A stretch of DNA of 64,000 nt from Haplodiscus bocki (lineage: Eukaryota): assembly GCA_965655095.1 (NCBI GenBank), contig OZ296655.1, positions 39,990,001 through 40,054,000 on the forward strand, given 5' to 3'. A program made the translations under genes and the position numbers. A model generated the notes under the pieces. The model worked only from the letters and a program-made list of their open reading frames with translations. It did not search any database and was not told the origin of the DNA. Of this stretch, positions 62,768 through 64,000 are shown piece by piece. Within the stretch, counting starts at the first letter, position 1, and every line of letters starts with the position of its first letter.

Positions 62768-64000
62768 GTTGATCAGATACGACAAGACGTTATTTTTTTC
62801 ATTAGCACCTTAGTTAAATAGATTTTAGAAATCGAATTGTTCTTTTTGGGTTGTTTCATCATACTCTTCTACTACTTTCGAAGAACGGCGTTGTAAATGT
62901 TGCTTCTGTCATACCCTTAGACACTTTTTTCTGTTCTCTAATTGTTGACCCAAACAAATATTTCACATCTTCCTAACTTTGTTTTCTTTCTTTTTTTTCA
63001 GTCATTGTTTAGAAAACTTTTCCTGCATACTCTTTAGCTTTCTGTTGATTCATATTATCTTCTCGGTTCCCTTGGTTGCGAACGTAGCCTGAGTATTGAA
63101 GAGAATTTGTAAATCCAACCCTTTGCTCATTGGTTAAAGTATTTGAATGAGACAAAATCATTTTCACTCATGATCAAACGTTTTAGAAAATTAAAAAGCT
63201 GTTGTGGCAGCTTTTTGGTTCCTATTTGACAGGTCAGACGTTAAATTACCACCAAATTCTGATGCTCTACCAGGATTTTTCGCGACATCTTTCACAAGCC
63301 CAGTTCCTGCTGAAGCAGCAGCTTATTCCGGTGAATTGAAAAAATGCACAAATCTTCCAGTCTGAATTGTCTCACCGGGGAAGAATATGGTTTTAATCCA
63401 TTACATACAACACAAAACCCTCCCTGTAGGTAGTTTATATTAATTTACAGTCTTTTTGTTTTATGTTATACATAGTCGAACATACTATGTTGTAGAGTTA
63501 TTGCTCATGCCAGCACATGAGGGTTAGTGTTGAATTTTTGTAGTACTCGTCTATTCATTGTTATATATTACACGGAAAGAAAAATTTCTAAACCTATATA
63601 AAGTAAGGGTTTGTCCAATGAAGTCTATCTGGTTAGTGTCTTCAATTTCTAAGAGAAAAAATAGGTTGCAAAGCACTTCTTTACTAATCTTATTGCAATG
63701 GACCGTTTGTGGGTCACTAGAAACCATAACACCCGCCGGAGAATTATCAATGAAAGTAAGAAGAGAGCTCTTTGTTTCTTATTATTGGTCCATCAACAAA
63801 ATCGTAGAGTAGAAGTGCTTCGAGAATAGAGTTATGCTAATGTGGTTTTCACTTCCAGCTTTCCAGCTGCGTATTTTGTGCGAGTGAAGCCTAACAACTC
63901 TTAGTAGTGGCTAGTGAAAGGGAATGCATTTCGATGTTTTTAAGAAAGAACTAACTGATGAATCATCATTTTTATGGAAGCACTCTTTCCAGGTGATATA

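Larger units (their letters stand above)
58600..64000. mobile_element. Second, unrelated decayed Polinton/adintovirus-like relic, interrupted by the MULE and probably continuing past the window end
   Basis: Minus strand: penton-like TFIDNSPAG..DPQTVHCNKISKEVL..FLLEIEDTNQIDFIGQTLTL (~63590-63760); CVVC..KDVAKNPGRASEF (~63200-63410); FFLPSDSIDLV../..LDEAIVAIFEK (~60335-60460). Plus strand: weak integrase-like pieces ~58750-59520. Confidence 0.5.

Overview
AT-rich animal (invertebrate-like) genomic scaffold with a 200-N gap at 10133-10332, dominated by nested and mostly decayed mobile DNA. Two convincing host genes, both on the minus strand: a two-exon MTRES1/C6orf203-like gene (exon 1 48880-49345, exon 2 44437-44576, 201 aa; exon 2 is not in the ORF track) and an intronless 567-aa type I membrane protein with CUB-like and SEA-like segments (39915-41618). 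Mobile and repeat content from left to right: an inverted pair of old repeats (~320-1000 and ~4930-5610); a hAT transposase scrap (~7.4-8.2 kb); a ~6.5 kb degenerate tandem array with an ~84-bp period; a heavily decayed Polinton/Maverick (~17.3-30.6 kb; ATPase, integrase, minor and major capsid, probable protease, no pPolB seen); a BEL/Pao LTR retrotransposon (30576-~38805) lacking its 5' LTR; a hAT element with 14-bp TIRs and an 8-bp TSD inside the MTRES1 intron; a BEL fragment; a decayed CR1/L2-type LINE; a JmjC dioxygenase relic; and a second Polinton-like relic (~58.6-64 kb) interrupted by a MULE with a perfect 9-bp TSD. The best novelty candidate is the BEL element: it carries an intact extra SGNH/GDSL-hydrolase-like ORF upstream of a dead gag-pol, and its LTR U3 contains a tRNA-Thr(CGT)-like Pol III cassette with an oligo-T terminator. 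All family assignments come from manual translation and motif recognition; no database searches were run, and relic boundaries are approximate.
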